Source: Candidatus Dormiibacterota bacterium
GTDB lineage: Bacteria > Chloroflexota > Dormibacteria > DASZGP01
NCBI GenBank assembly: GCA_049644325.1
Contig: JBARRR010000039.1
Coordinates: forward strand, 19,867-83,866
DNA: 64,000 nt
Direction of reading: 5' to 3'
Shown: positions 18,028-27,904 of the stretch, one piece after another
Numbering within the stretch: the stretch's first letter is position 1
How the letters are laid out: each line of letters begins with the position of its first letter
Notes under the pieces: model-generated
What the model was told of the DNA's origin: nothing
What the model saw: only the letters and a program-made list of their open reading frames with translations
Databases searched by the model: none
Made by a program: the position numbers and the translations under genes

Positions 18028-18325
18028 CGGATAGGGGTGGATCGCGAGTCTCAGCTGGGCACGCCCCGTGAGTCTGAAGCGCTCAGTGGAGGTGGCTAGA
18101 AGTCCTGGCAGATCAGCCGGCGTTCCAAAGCCCCCTCGTCGTGCTTGTTAAGAAGATACAACACGGGGCGGCTGAATGGTCATTCCCGCGGCCTAGGGTT
18201 CGGGCGAGATCACCTCGAGTTCGTTGCCATCAGGGTCCCAGATGTAGTCGGCCAGGGGCGAGGAAGAGGGCTCGACCACGGATCCTCGGCGGGGCAGCCT
18301 GGTCCAAGTCGTGGCGCGGCGACGC

Positions 18326-18706
18326 TCAGCCAGTTGGACGGGCCAGGTACTCGCCGGCCGCCGTCTGCAGGGCCTGCAGCGCCGACATCGGTCGGACGAA
18401 GTCGCGGAAGCTCGTGACTAGGCCGTCGCTGTTGAACGTCAAGACCTGGATACCGTCGAACTGCCGGTCGCCGATCCGACCGTGGACGAGGAGCGTCACC
18501 CCGTCGTCAGCTGTGTATTCCTTCACGTACCGGACGTCCTGGCACACGGCGGCCAGCATCCCGAAGATAACCAGCACTGCCTCCCTGCCCTCGAACGGCT
18601 TATGAGTGAGCGATCCGAACAACTGGACGTCGGGCGCAAACAGGTTGGCCACGCCTTCAGGGTTTCCAACCAAAGCCTGCATCAGTCCGATGATTGATCG
18701 CGTCAT
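18326..18706 (-). CDS. SnoaL-like / NTF2-fold protein.
   Basis: It is 126 aa with a fold-typical alternating pattern and no better homology signal. Confidence 0.55.
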   Translation of the reverse strand: MTRSIIGLMQALVGNPEGVANLFAPDVQLFGSLTHKPFEGREAVLVIFGMLAAVCQDVRYVKEYTADDGVTLLVHGRIGDRQFDGIQVLTFNSDGLVTSFRDFVRPMSALQALQTAAGEYLARPTG

Positions 18707-18737
18707 GTAGCCTCCGTGTCCCAGTTGAATCCCGACT

Positions 18738-19160
18738 TCACTCAGTAACTGATTCCGCCAACGCTATACATTCGACCTCGTTGCCGTCCGGGTCGTCTAC
18801 GTAGAACGTTCTTACCCCCTTGAGCACCGGATGAATCCCGTCGCGCACCTCGAGCCCGGCGGCGCGGCAGCGGTCAGCCAGCTCCTCGTAGCGGTCGGGG
18901 GCGACCGAGAAGGCCATGTGGTGCAGTGGTCGCCGGGGCTTCTCACCCGGGAACGGCGAATCCGGCTCAGGGTGGGGGACGAGGACGATCATCTGGGGCA
19001 CCCCGACGTCGGTCTCCGCGGCCAGCAGGAACCGTGGCGGGATGTCCTGACGCTGCTCCATCATGGTCAGGCCGAAGACGTCACGGTAGAAGCCGTAGCT
19101 CTTCTCGAGGTCGTGGCTCCAGAGCACGATCTCGGCGATGCCGGTCACCGGGCCACTCAT
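18738..19160 (-). CDS. VOC-family protein (glyoxalase / bleomycin-resistance fold).
   Basis: It has IAEIVLWSHDLEKSYGFYRDVFGL and a C-terminal FYVDDPDGNEVECI. Confidence 0.8.
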   Translation of the reverse strand: MSGPVTGIAEIVLWSHDLEKSYGFYRDVFGLTMMEQRQDIPPRFLLAAETDVGVPQMIVLVPHPEPDSPFPGEKPRRPLHHMAFSVAPDRYEELADRCRAAGLEVRDGIHPVLKGVRTFYVDDPDGNEVECIALAESVTE

Positions 19161-19206
19161 GTTTGACAGCTTAGCTTCGGCGCCGTCGCCTGACCGGAGC
19201 GCCTGG

Positions 19207-20643
19207 TCAGCTGTAGAGCGGGTCGGCCGGCACCTCGTGGGGGTGGAACTGGCCGGTGTGCTTGGCCTCCTCGATCACCGCCGCCGAGACCGCCGGCGCG
19301 ACGCGGCGATTGAACACCGACGGCACCACGTACTCGGGGCCGAGCTCGTCGGGGGAGACGATGTCGGCGATCGCCTGGGCGGCCGCCAGCTTCATGTTGT
19401 CCGTGATGTAGCGGGCGCCGCAGTCGAGCACGCCGCGGAAGATGCCGGGGAAGGCGAGCACGTTGTTGATCTGGTTGGGGTAGTCGGAACGCCCGGTGGC
19501 CATCACCGCCACCAGGCCCTCAGTAAGCTCGGGACGGATCTCGGGATCGGGGTTGGCCAGGGCGAAGACGATGGGCAGGTCGTTCATCTTGGCGACGTCG
19601 CGGGGCTGGAGCAGGCCCGGGCCGCTGACGCCCAGGAAGACGTCGGCCCCCGTCATCACCTCGGAGAGGGAGCCCTCGCGCTGGTACTGGTTGGTGCGGC
19701 CGGCGTACCACCGCTTGACGCCGGAGTCGAGAGGCTCGCGGCCTTTGAAGATGGCGCCGTGGCGGTCGACGCCGATGATGTCCATCACGCCTGCGGCCAG
19801 CAGCATCTTGGTGCACGCCACCCCGGCGGCGCCGGTGCCGGCGACCACCACCCGCAGGTCGGCCAGGTTCTTGTCGACGATCCTGAGCGCGTTGAGCAGC
19901 GCCGCCATCACCACCACCGCGGTGCCGTGCTGGTCGTCGTGGAAGACGGGGATGTCGAGGGACTCGATCAAGCGCTCCTCGACGGCAAAACAGCGCGGCG
20001 CCGAGATGTCCTCGAGGTTGATGCCGCCGAAGACCGGCGCGATCCGCTCCACCGCCTCGACGATCTCGTCGATGTCCTGGGTGTTGAGGCAGATGGGGAA
20101 GGCGTCGACGTCGCCGAACTCCTTGAACAGCATGGCCTTGCCCTCCATCACCGGGAGGGCGCCCAGCGGACCCAGGTTGCCGAGGCCGAGAACGGCGCTG
20201 CCGTCGGTGACGACTGCCACCATGTTCCGCTTGATCGTCAGCTCGCGGGCCCGAGAGGGGTCCTCGGCGATGGCCCGGCAGACGCGGGCCACGCCCGGGG
20301 TGTAGGCCATCGAGAGGTCGTCGCGGGTCTTGATCGGGACCTTGGGGACGACGCTGATCTTGCCCCCCTCGTGGAGCTTGAAGGTCCTGTCGGCATATTC
20401 GAGCACATCGACGCCCTCGACGCGCCGCATCGCCTCGACGATGGCATGGGCGTGCTCCGAGTCCCGGGCCTGCACGGTGAGCTCGCGGATGATCGATCCC
20501 GGCTCAATCTTGTCGATGTCGATGGCTCGGAGGTCGCCGTCAGCCGCGCCCACCGCCGAGGTCAGCAGACCGAGCATTCCGGGCCTGTTCTGGAGGCGGC
20601 AGCGCGCAGTGAACGCGAAACTACTAGACGGTGGCGGCAGCAC
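19207..20643 (-). CDS. NAD(P)-dependent malic enzyme with an N-terminal ACT domain.
   Basis: An ACT domain is present (NRPGMLGLLTSAVG...TVQARDSEHAHAIVEAM). The malic-enzyme core has YTPGVARVC and FNDDQHGTA-like FHDDQHGTAVV, plus an NAD-binding GTGAAG. Confidence 0.85.
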   Translation of the reverse strand: MLPPPSSSFAFTARCRLQNRPGMLGLLTSAVGAADGDLRAIDIDKIEPGSIIRELTVQARDSEHAHAIVEAMRRVEGVDVLEYADRTFKLHEGGKISVVPKVPIKTRDDLSMAYTPGVARVCRAIAEDPSRARELTIKRNMVAVVTDGSAVLGLGNLGPLGALPVMEGKAMLFKEFGDVDAFPICLNTQDIDEIVEAVERIAPVFGGINLEDISAPRCFAVEERLIESLDIPVFHDDQHGTAVVVMAALLNALRIVDKNLADLRVVVAGTGAAGVACTKMLLAAGVMDIIGVDRHGAIFKGREPLDSGVKRWYAGRTNQYQREGSLSEVMTGADVFLGVSGPGLLQPRDVAKMNDLPIVFALANPDPEIRPELTEGLVAVMATGRSDYPNQINNVLAFPGIFRGVLDCGARYITDNMKLAAAQAIADIVSPDELGPEYVVPSVFNRRVAPAVSAAVIEEAKHTGQFHPHEVPADPLYS

Positions 20644-20679
20644 CCAAGAATCCTACCTGTCGTTTAGACTCCATCCTCG

Positions 20680-21480
20680 ATGGGAAACCGGGCTCTCCAG
20701 CTCGTAACACTCATCGTCGCCGTGGCTGTCGGCGTCGGTGCGGCCTTCGGTGTGCGCGCAGTTCGAAACGTCTCCCCACAGCAGGCGTCCTCGAATACGT
20801 CAACCAGCTCCTCAACCTCGCCTTCGCCGAGCGCTAGCCCATCGATTTCGGCCTCGCCGACGCCCGCGGAATCCGCCTCGCCGGCCCCCGCGGCGTCGCC
20901 GGCGGCCCCCAGCCGGACAGGCGCCGCTTACCCGCAGCAGATCCAGGCCGGGAGCGTATACCAGTACTCCGGAAGCAGCAGCCTAGCTGCAGTAGCGAGC
21001 GACAGTTCGGACGGCGGGTCATCGGTGTGCGCCGGGATCAATACCACCAGCCAAGTTATCCCGCCTGGTTATCTGGCCGCCTACTTCGTGTCGGTGACGT
21101 TCCGGGACGGCCAGGTTATCTCATCCGGATACCTGCGCCAGGGAAGCGCCTCCAATGACTGGGGGCAGCTGCAAAACAACTCCACCAAGGATGCTAAACA
21201 GGAGTCGTCGCCGACCCCGGCTGGTACTCATACCTACTGCGTCACCAGGAGTGGTGGTGCCTGGATCACGACCGCGGACGGCGCCACTATCTACAGCACC
21301 ACGGCCGAGCCAGCCACATCGTTCGGCGGAACAACACTTAACTTCGAGTCCACCATCCAGCGCAAGGCCGACAACAGCGGTCCCGTCAAGGCGCTCAGCT
21401 TTTTTGTCCCGGGGTTCAAAGCCCTTGCCATCGACGGCCAGCCGCCGACCCAGCTCAAGGGCGCAACCAAGACCTTTTAA
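20680..21480 (+). CDS. Membrane-anchored Ser/Pro-rich extracytoplasmic protein (hypothetical).
   Basis: It has an N-terminal TM (LVTLIVAVAVGVGAAFG), a PSAS-rich linker and a globular C-terminal domain. Confidence 0.5.
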   Translation: MGNRALQLVTLIVAVAVGVGAAFGVRAVRNVSPQQASSNTSTSSSTSPSPSASPSISASPTPAESASPAPAASPAAPSRTGAAYPQQIQAGSVYQYSGSSSLAAVASDSSDGGSSVCAGINTTSQVIPPGYLAAYFVSVTFRDGQVISSGYLRQGSASNDWGQLQNNSTKDAKQESSPTPAGTHTYCVTRSGGAWITTADGATIYSTTAEPATSFGGTTLNFESTIQRKADNSGPVKALSFFVPGFKALAIDGQPPTQLKGATKTF

Positions 21481-21484
21481 CAAC

Positions 21485-22666
21485 GTGGGGCATCTCGACC
21501 TCGCCCCCCTTGCCGACCAGCTATTCGACAGCGCCGTCGACACGCGTCGCCATATTCACACCTACCCGGAGCTGGGATTCGAGGAGAAGGCCACCACCGC
21601 GCTGGTGCAGGAGCGGCTCTCGGCCCTGGGCCTGGAGGAGCTGGCCGCCGGCACCGAGACCGGCGCCGTCTTTCGCCTTAAGGGAGGTCGGCCCGGGCGC
21701 GGGGTGCTGCTCCGCGCCGACATCGATGCCCTGCCGGTGGCCGAAGAGGTGGACGTGCCGTTCCGCTCCAAGGTGGAGGGCGTCATGCATGCCTGCGGCC
21801 ACGACGCGCACGTCGCCATCCTCCTGGCCACCGCCGAGATTTTCTCGACCCTGGCGGAGGAACTGCCAGGCAGCTACGTCTTCCTATTTCAGCCGGCCGA
21901 GGAGCTGCTGGCGGGAGCCAGCCGGATGATCGAGGGCGGCGTCCTCGACGGACTCGGCGCCGAGCGGGTCCTGAGCCTCCACGTATCCAGCCCGCTCCCG
22001 CCCGGGCTGGTGGCGGTCCGCAGCGGCATCATGATGAGCCAGGCGCAGCCGATCACCGCCCGGCTGCGCGGCAGCGGCGGCCATGGCGCCCAGGCCCAGG
22101 CCGAGGGCAACGTGATCCTTGCGGTCTCGAGGCTGGCCTCGCGCCTTCCCGAGGTGGTGGAGGGGATGGAGTACGAGTGGGCGGCGTGCGCCTGCAGCAC
22201 CGGGGCCATCCGCGCCGGCACCGCCGCCAACGTCATCCCTCGCGACGCGGTACTACGGGGGTCGCTGCGCACGTATACCGCGGACCAGTACGGCGAGGCC
22301 CTGAAGCGGCTTGACGCGGTGGCCGCCGATGTCGCCTCCGAGTTCGGCGTCTCGGTCGACCTCGACCTGCCAACGCCGGTTCCGCCGGTGGAGAACCAGG
22401 CCGAGGCGGTCAGCACCTGGAGCGCGGCGGCGGCTGAGATGATCGGCGCCGCCAACGTGATCGCGATCCCGCCGGTGCCCATGAGCGACGACATCAGCGA
22501 GTTCCTCCGCCGCATCCCGGGGGTGCACTTCTTTGTCGGCGCCCGCCCCGGGACGGGCGAGCCGGCGCAGCACCACTCGTCCGAGTTCACCATCGACGAG
22601 GAGTCGATCAGGGTCGGGATCAAGACCATGGCGGCCGGGGCGGTGGCGCTGGCGGGGCGGGGGTGA
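21485..22666 (+). CDS. M20D-family amidohydrolase (hippurate hydrolase / N-acyl-amino-acid amidohydrolase-like).
   Basis: Motifs VMHACGHDAHVAILLA and RTHIHTYPELGFEE are present. The GTG start at 21485 avoids the 325-nt overlap implied by the ATG at 21155. Confidence 0.75.
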   Translation: MGHLDLAPLADQLFDSAVDTRRHIHTYPELGFEEKATTALVQERLSALGLEELAAGTETGAVFRLKGGRPGRGVLLRADIDALPVAEEVDVPFRSKVEGVMHACGHDAHVAILLATAEIFSTLAEELPGSYVFLFQPAEELLAGASRMIEGGVLDGLGAERVLSLHVSSPLPPGLVAVRSGIMMSQAQPITARLRGSGGHGAQAQAEGNVILAVSRLASRLPEVVEGMEYEWAACACSTGAIRAGTAANVIPRDAVLRGSLRTYTADQYGEALKRLDAVAADVASEFGVSVDLDLPTPVPPVENQAEAVSTWSAAAAEMIGAANVIAIPPVPMSDDISEFLRRIPGVHFFVGARPGTGEPAQHHSSEFTIDEESIRVGIKTMAAGAVALAGRG

Positions 22667-23607
22667 TGCCGGACTCGTCCGCGGAGCCGCCGGTCGGGGG
22701 CGAGCGGACGCGGGTCGGCTTCGTCGGCCTCGGCGTCATGGGCCTGCCCATGGCGCGCAACCTCAAGCAGGCCGGCTTCGACGTAACCGGTTGGGCCCGC
22801 CGGGAGGAGACGGCCGCGCGCGCTGGGGCCGAGGGCATCGAGACCCAGCCGACGCTGATCGATCTGGCCCGCGACCGCGAGTTCCTGGTGACCATGGTCA
22901 CGACCTCGCGGGACGTCGCCGACGTCGCCCTGGGCGAGGGAGGCCTGGTGGCCGCCGCCCCGGATGGCTCGGTCCTCATCGACATGAGCACGATCGCGCC
23001 GGCGACCAGCCGCCAGGTGGCGGCGGCCTGCGCCGCCCGCGGCATCGCGTTCCTCGACGCCCCCGTCAGCGGCGGCTCTTTCGGGGCCGAGGCGGGGACC
23101 CTGACGATCATGGCCGGCGGCGACGCCAGTGTCCTGGAGCGGGCGCGGCCGCTGTTCGAAGCGATGGGCGACCCGGGGCGCATCTTTCATGCCGGGCCGG
23201 TGGGCAGCGGCGAGATCATCAAGCTGGTCAACAACATGCTGGTCGGCTCGATCTCGGCCGCCACCCTTGAGGCGCTGATGGTCGGCGTCCGCGCCGGCGC
23301 CGACCTCAACACCCTGGTCGAGGTGCTCGAGGTCAGCAGCGGCGGCAGCACCCAGCTCTCCGGCCAGCTCAAGCTCCGGGCCCTCGCCGGGGAGTTCGAT
23401 CCGGGCTTCATGACCCGGCTGCTGGTCAAGGACATGAACCTGGCCGCGGACCTGGCTCGTGAGTCGGACCAGGCCACGCCGCTCACCGACCTGGCCCGCG
23501 CCCTGTTCCAGTCAGCCGTCGAGGCCGGCCACGCCGACCAGGACTACTCGGCGCTCCTCCAGGAGATGGAGCAAGCCTCGGGCACCCGCCTCCGTCTTAA
23601 CGGTTAG
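22663..23607 (+). CDS. NAD(P)-dependent oxidoreductase of the 3-hydroxyisobutyrate dehydrogenase (HIBADH) family.
   Basis: It has VGFVGLGVMGLPMARNL and GSGEIIKLVNNML. There is an ATGA overlap with the upstream gene. Confidence 0.8.
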   Translation: MMPDSSAEPPVGGERTRVGFVGLGVMGLPMARNLKQAGFDVTGWARREETAARAGAEGIETQPTLIDLARDREFLVTMVTTSRDVADVALGEGGLVAAAPDGSVLIDMSTIAPATSRQVAAACAARGIAFLDAPVSGGSFGAEAGTLTIMAGGDASVLERARPLFEAMGDPGRIFHAGPVGSGEIIKLVNNMLVGSISAATLEALMVGVRAGADLNTLVEVLEVSSGGSTQLSGQLKLRALAGEFDPGFMTRLLVKDMNLAADLARESDQATPLTDLARALFQSAVEAGHADQDYSALLQEMEQASGTRLRLNG

Positions 23608-23649
23608 TCGCAGCCACGCGGCACCCGCGCCATAGAATTCAGGGAGAGG

Positions 23650-24750
23650 ATGCGTTTACTCCACGTCGCTGACCTGCATCTCGATCGAGCCTTTGGGGGT
23701 ATGGCCTTCGCCGGGTGCGATGGCGCCCGCCGGCGCAGCCTCCTGCGCCAGGGGCTGGAATGGGCCGTCGACACCGCCATCGAGGGCAGGGCCGACGCCG
23801 TGACGATCGGCGGCGACCTCTTTGAGATCGAGCACATCACCAGTGACACTGCGGCGTTTATCGCCCGGCAACTGGGCCGGCTGGACTGTCCCGTGGTGCT
23901 GGCGGCGGGTAACCACGACCCCGCCACGGCGGCGTCGCCCTACCGGACCCTGGAGTGGGCCGCCAACGTCACCCTGGCCCTTGACCCCGTCCCTGTGCGC
24001 GTGGAGACGCCGGACGCCGTGATCTGGGCGCTGGGCTATGCCAGTCGCGAGATCGACGGCGCCGCCTTGAGGTCCTTCCATGTTCCTCCGAACGACGGTC
24101 GCGCCCAGCTGCTGGTGGTCCACGCCGTGGACCTGACCCGGATGGGGACCGACCGAGATTGGGGCAGCCTGGGCCTGCTGCAGCCGGATGTGCGGGCGAT
24201 GGGCATCGACCACGCCCTCCTCGGCCATATCCACTCCGGCCAGGCCGGCGAGCTGATGTCCTGGCCGGGCTCGCCGGTGCCGCTGGATCCCAGCGAGACC
24301 AGCGGCAACCATGGCGCCCTCTGGGTGGACGCGACCCCGGAGCGCGTGGCGGTGGAGGCGGTCGCAGCCGGCCTCAGCCGCTTCGGGGCGGTCAGCGTCG
24401 ACGTCGCCGAGGTGGCCGACTCGTCGGAGCTGGGCAGCCGGGTTCGCGAGAGGCTGGAGGCGAGCCCCGAGCGCGAACGGGCGCTGGTCAGCATCAGGCT
24501 TTACGGCCGCCGCGCCAAGAGCCTGGCGATCGAGCCGGCAGCGCTGGCGGCGGCCGCCTCCGAGTCGGTGATGGGCGCCCTGGTGGCCGACGCCACCGAG
24601 CCCGAGGTCGACCTGGCCCAGCTGGCCCAGGAGCCCAACGCCCGCGGCAGGGCGGTGGCGCGTCTACTCGAGGATGGCGGGGACGTCGGGTTGCGGGCGG
24701 CCCAGCTGGTGGTCGACGCATTCGAAGGCGACATCAGGGTCCCGGCGTGA
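23650..24750 (+). CDS. SbcD/Mre11-like metallophosphoesterase (YhaO-like DNA repair exonuclease).
   Basis: The N-terminus is MRLLHVADLHLD, with GGDLFE and AAGNHD calcineurin-like motifs. Confidence 0.75.
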   Translation: MRLLHVADLHLDRAFGGMAFAGCDGARRRSLLRQGLEWAVDTAIEGRADAVTIGGDLFEIEHITSDTAAFIARQLGRLDCPVVLAAGNHDPATAASPYRTLEWAANVTLALDPVPVRVETPDAVIWALGYASREIDGAALRSFHVPPNDGRAQLLVVHAVDLTRMGTDRDWGSLGLLQPDVRAMGIDHALLGHIHSGQAGELMSWPGSPVPLDPSETSGNHGALWVDATPERVAVEAVAAGLSRFGAVSVDVAEVADSSELGSRVRERLEASPERERALVSIRLYGRRAKSLAIEPAALAAAASESVMGALVADATEPEVDLAQLAQEPNARGRAVARLLEDGGDVGLRAAQLVVDAFEGDIRVPA

Positions 24751-24766
24751 CCATGGGAGCGGCGCG

Positions 24767-26734
24767 ATGAGACTGGTGTCGCTCCGGGTGCGGGGCTACC
24801 GAAGGTTCCACGACATCCTGGTCGACTGCGACCACGACCGGCTGCTGGTAGTCGGTCCCAACGAGGCCGGCAAGTCGACGCTGATGGAGTGCCTGCTGGC
24901 CGGGCTCTTCGGGCTGGCGCCCAGCAAGCGGGGCGGTGGCCACCAGGGAGCGCTGCGCGACGCATCACCCTGGAATGGCGAGCCCTGCGGCCTGAGCCTC
25001 GCATACCGGCTCGACAGCGGGCGCATGGTCGAGGTCGACTGGGACTTCAGCGGCGAGCGCACCCAGGTCATCGACCACACCGGGGGTGACGACATCAGCG
25101 CGGAGTTCACCGGCGGCACCCACGGCTGGCTCGACGTCGGCCAGGCGATGCTGGGTGTGTCTTCGACGGTCTTCCGCCAGTTCACCTGCGTGGGGGAGGG
25201 GGAGCTGGCGGTGATCAGCGACGATGCCGAGATCCGCGAGAGCCTGCTCCGCCTCAGCGATTCCGGGGTTGACGTGCTGGTGGAGCAGGCAATCACCCGC
25301 TTGGAGGACGCTGCCCGCCAGTCGACCATCCCCAAGGCCAACTCCGCCACCCGCCGCAACCAGCTGGAGCGCGACCTGGTCGCCGCCCAGAGGGAGCTGG
25401 ACCGGGTCACCGCGGCGCGGGCCGAGCTCGACTCCGACGTCCACGCGATTGCCCGGACCGAGTCGGCGATCGAGCGCGCCCGCGACGAGGTCGCCGGGAT
25501 GATGGCCGAGGACGACCGCCGCCAGGAGGAGCAGCGGCGCCTGAGCGCGGAGATCGAGCGGGCCTACGGCCGGCTGGCCGAGGCCGAGCTGCGCCGGGCG
25601 TCACTGAGCGCCGACGCGGATGTCCCCAAGGAGGGCCCGCCCTGGAGCGACGCCGACATCGAGACCGCCCGCCAGCTGCTGGTCAGTCCCGAGGAGGCGG
25701 GGAAGCGCCCGGGTCTGCTGCCGCTGATCGTCGGGCTGCTGCTCATCCTGGCGGGCATCGGCGGCCTCGCCGGTGGCCTGGTCGCCCAACTGGGGCCGAT
25801 GCTGGCCGCATCCGCCGCGGTGGCGGCCATTGGGGTCCTGCTCGTGACCCGAGGCGGCATGGGGGCCGCGCGGGCGCGGCTGAGAGTCGGTGCCATGACC
25901 TTCCCTGACAGGGCAGCGCTGATGATCGCCCTCGACCACCAGCGAGCGCGGCGCGAGCTGGCGCAACAGCAGAAGGCGGTTGACGACATCCAGGCGCGGC
26001 TCGACCAGCTGCTCCAGCCGGCTGCGGACATCGATGGCGGCGCGCCCCGCGAGGCCCAGGCCCGCCTCAGCGCCGCCAAGGTGCGACAGACCGAGCTGCG
26101 GCTGCAGCTGGAGCGGCAGCGCACGTCGTTGTCGGTTCGCACCAGCCAGGTCGGGGACGTCGCCGCACTCGAGGAGCAGGTGGCCGGGCTCGGAGCGCAG
26201 ATCGGCGAGCTGGAGGCGTTCGGTGAGTCGGCGCGTCTGGCGGCCCAGCACCTGAAGCAGGCGTCGGAGGAGATCCGACGCGCCTACGCGCCCAAGCTCC
26301 AGGCCTACCTTTCCCGTGACCTGCCACGGATCACGTCGGGACGCTATTCCGAGGCGGTGGTCAACGACAAGTTCGAGGTCATGGTCAGGGCTCCCGAAAC
26401 CAAACAGATGGTGGACCTGGGCCGCCTCAGCCGGGGCACCCAACAGCAGATCTACCTGCTGCTCCGTCTGGGCCTCCTCGACATCGTCGGCTCCAAGGCC
26501 GAACGGCTGCCACTGTTCCTTGACGACGCCCTCGCCCTGAGCGACGAGGACCGCCGCTCCGAGCTGCTCGCGGTGCTGGAGTCCGAGGACCGCCAGGTGA
26601 TCTACTTCACCGCGCAGGAGACCACCGCGGCATCCGCGTTCGCGGATGCGTGGCACCGCGTTCTTCTGCCCGGCCCCAGTGCCGCCGGCAGCGCGCCGCC
26701 CGAGCTCAAGGTTCTCGACTCGCCCCGGGGTTAG
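24767..26734 (+). CDS. SbcC/Rad50-like SMC-type ATPase (YhaN-like) with internal transmembrane segments.
   Basis: Walker A is VVGPNEAGKSTL, the signature-like motif is LSRGTQQQI and the Walker B/D-loop is LPLFLDDAL. There is a coiled-coil middle. Two hydrophobic helices are present: LLPLIVGLLLILAGIGGLAGGLV and LAASAAVAAIGVLLV. Confidence 0.75.
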   Translation: MRLVSLRVRGYRRFHDILVDCDHDRLLVVGPNEAGKSTLMECLLAGLFGLAPSKRGGGHQGALRDASPWNGEPCGLSLAYRLDSGRMVEVDWDFSGERTQVIDHTGGDDISAEFTGGTHGWLDVGQAMLGVSSTVFRQFTCVGEGELAVISDDAEIRESLLRLSDSGVDVLVEQAITRLEDAARQSTIPKANSATRRNQLERDLVAAQRELDRVTAARAELDSDVHAIARTESAIERARDEVAGMMAEDDRRQEEQRRLSAEIERAYGRLAEAELRRASLSADADVPKEGPPWSDADIETARQLLVSPEEAGKRPGLLPLIVGLLLILAGIGGLAGGLVAQLGPMLAASAAVAAIGVLLVTRGGMGAARARLRVGAMTFPDRAALMIALDHQRARRELAQQQKAVDDIQARLDQLLQPAADIDGGAPREAQARLSAAKVRQTELRLQLERQRTSLSVRTSQVGDVAALEEQVAGLGAQIGELEAFGESARLAAQHLKQASEEIRRAYAPKLQAYLSRDLPRITSGRYSEAVVNDKFEVMVRAPETKQMVDLGRLSRGTQQQIYLLLRLGLLDIVGSKAERLPLFLDDALALSDEDRRSELLAVLESEDRQVIYFTAQETTAASAFADAWHRVLLPGPSAAGSAPPELKVLDSPRG

Positions 26735-27900
26735 GCGCTCGCCCCGCCTCCCGGTCGGCGCTCGAGGATCCCGACCCGGGGGATGTCCTCATCGGCCCCG
26801 GACAGCGGCCACTCCGAACCAGGATTGCGGGTCAGCCACTCCAGGCCCTCGGCTGTGACCAGGTAGGTGTCCTCTGACTTGGCGCCGGGGATGGTGGGGT
26901 TCCAGGCGGTGGCCATGCCCGCCTCCAGCGTGTAGGTCTCCTCCGGCTTGGCGAAGACCTCGCGGCCGGCATAGCCGGTGGTGCCGCCCTGGTGATGCTC
27001 CTTCCAGTCGTCGTAGAAGCCGCCCGAGGCGTACGCCTGCTCACCGCCGCGGAAGGCGTCACCCAGGGTTATGCCGGGGCGGCTGCCGGCCAGGTAGGCG
27101 CGGTCGACGGCCACCACGGTGGCGTGCTTTTCCAGCAGCTCCGCCGGGGGGGCGCCGAAGCTGAGGCAGCGGGTGACGGAGGCGTGGAGGCCATGGCGTT
27201 CGGCCGTCACCGACGCGATCAGCCCGCCCTCGACCGTGGCCGGGGTAGGAACCAGGTGGCGGAAGCGCTCGGCCCGTGCCCGGGTGCCGACGAGGACCAC
27301 GCCGGCCTCGATGTCCCGGGCCTTGTGCGCGGCGGCGACCGTGCCGGCCACCTCGAGCTCGGACCAGCCTTCGCGGGCCTCCAGCAGGGCGGTCTCGAGG
27401 GCCTCGGTGGCGTCCAGGCCGAGCGCCCGGTAGCGGGAGACATCGGCCTCGCCCAGCCGCTGGCGGTCGGAGGCCAGCAGCGGCTCGGCCGCGCCCCAGC
27501 CGGGGACCGCGACGTCGCTGGCCCAGCGCGTGGCCGATGGCACCGCGGCGAGGGCCGACTGCCAGAGGGGTAGCTGGTACCAGGGCCGCACAACCACCGG
27601 CAGAGGCAGGTCGGCGAAGGGCTCGGCTCGGACCCGCGCCTCCTCGTTGTTGGGGACCAGCAGCCAGGCGCCGCTGTCGGTGACCAGCAGGCCGCAGAGC
27701 CCACGCGGGGAGTCGAGGACTACACGGTTGCCTCGGCCGCCGGTCAACCAGGCGACGTTGGCCCAGCCCTCGAGGTAGACGGCTTCGACCTCGGCCGCGC
27801 CCATGGCCGCCCGCAGCTTTGAGAGCTTGGCCCTGACCTCGGCCTGGTCGCCATGGGCCCGGGTTGCGGGGCCGGCCTCGACCAGCCCCCAGTCCGCCAT
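26731..27900 (-). CDS. M24-family metallopeptidase (Xaa-Pro aminopeptidase / creatinase-like).
   Basis: A pita-bread C-terminal domain is recognisable (HHQGGTTGYAGRE, EAGMATAWNP, SEDTYLVT). The start is taken at MADWGL (27900) to avoid overlapping the upstream gene. Confidence 0.6.
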   Translation of the reverse strand: MADWGLVEAGPATRAHGDQAEVRAKLSKLRAAMGAAEVEAVYLEGWANVAWLTGGRGNRVVLDSPRGLCGLLVTDSGAWLLVPNNEEARVRAEPFADLPLPVVVRPWYQLPLWQSALAAVPSATRWASDVAVPGWGAAEPLLASDRQRLGEADVSRYRALGLDATEALETALLEAREGWSELEVAGTVAAAHKARDIEAGVVLVGTRARAERFRHLVPTPATVEGGLIASVTAERHGLHASVTRCLSFGAPPAELLEKHATVVAVDRAYLAGSRPGITLGDAFRGGEQAYASGGFYDDWKEHHQGGTTGYAGREVFAKPEETYTLEAGMATAWNPTIPGAKSEDTYLVTAEGLEWLTRNPGSEWPLSGADEDIPRVGILERRPGGGASA

Positions 27901-27904
27901 CCGC

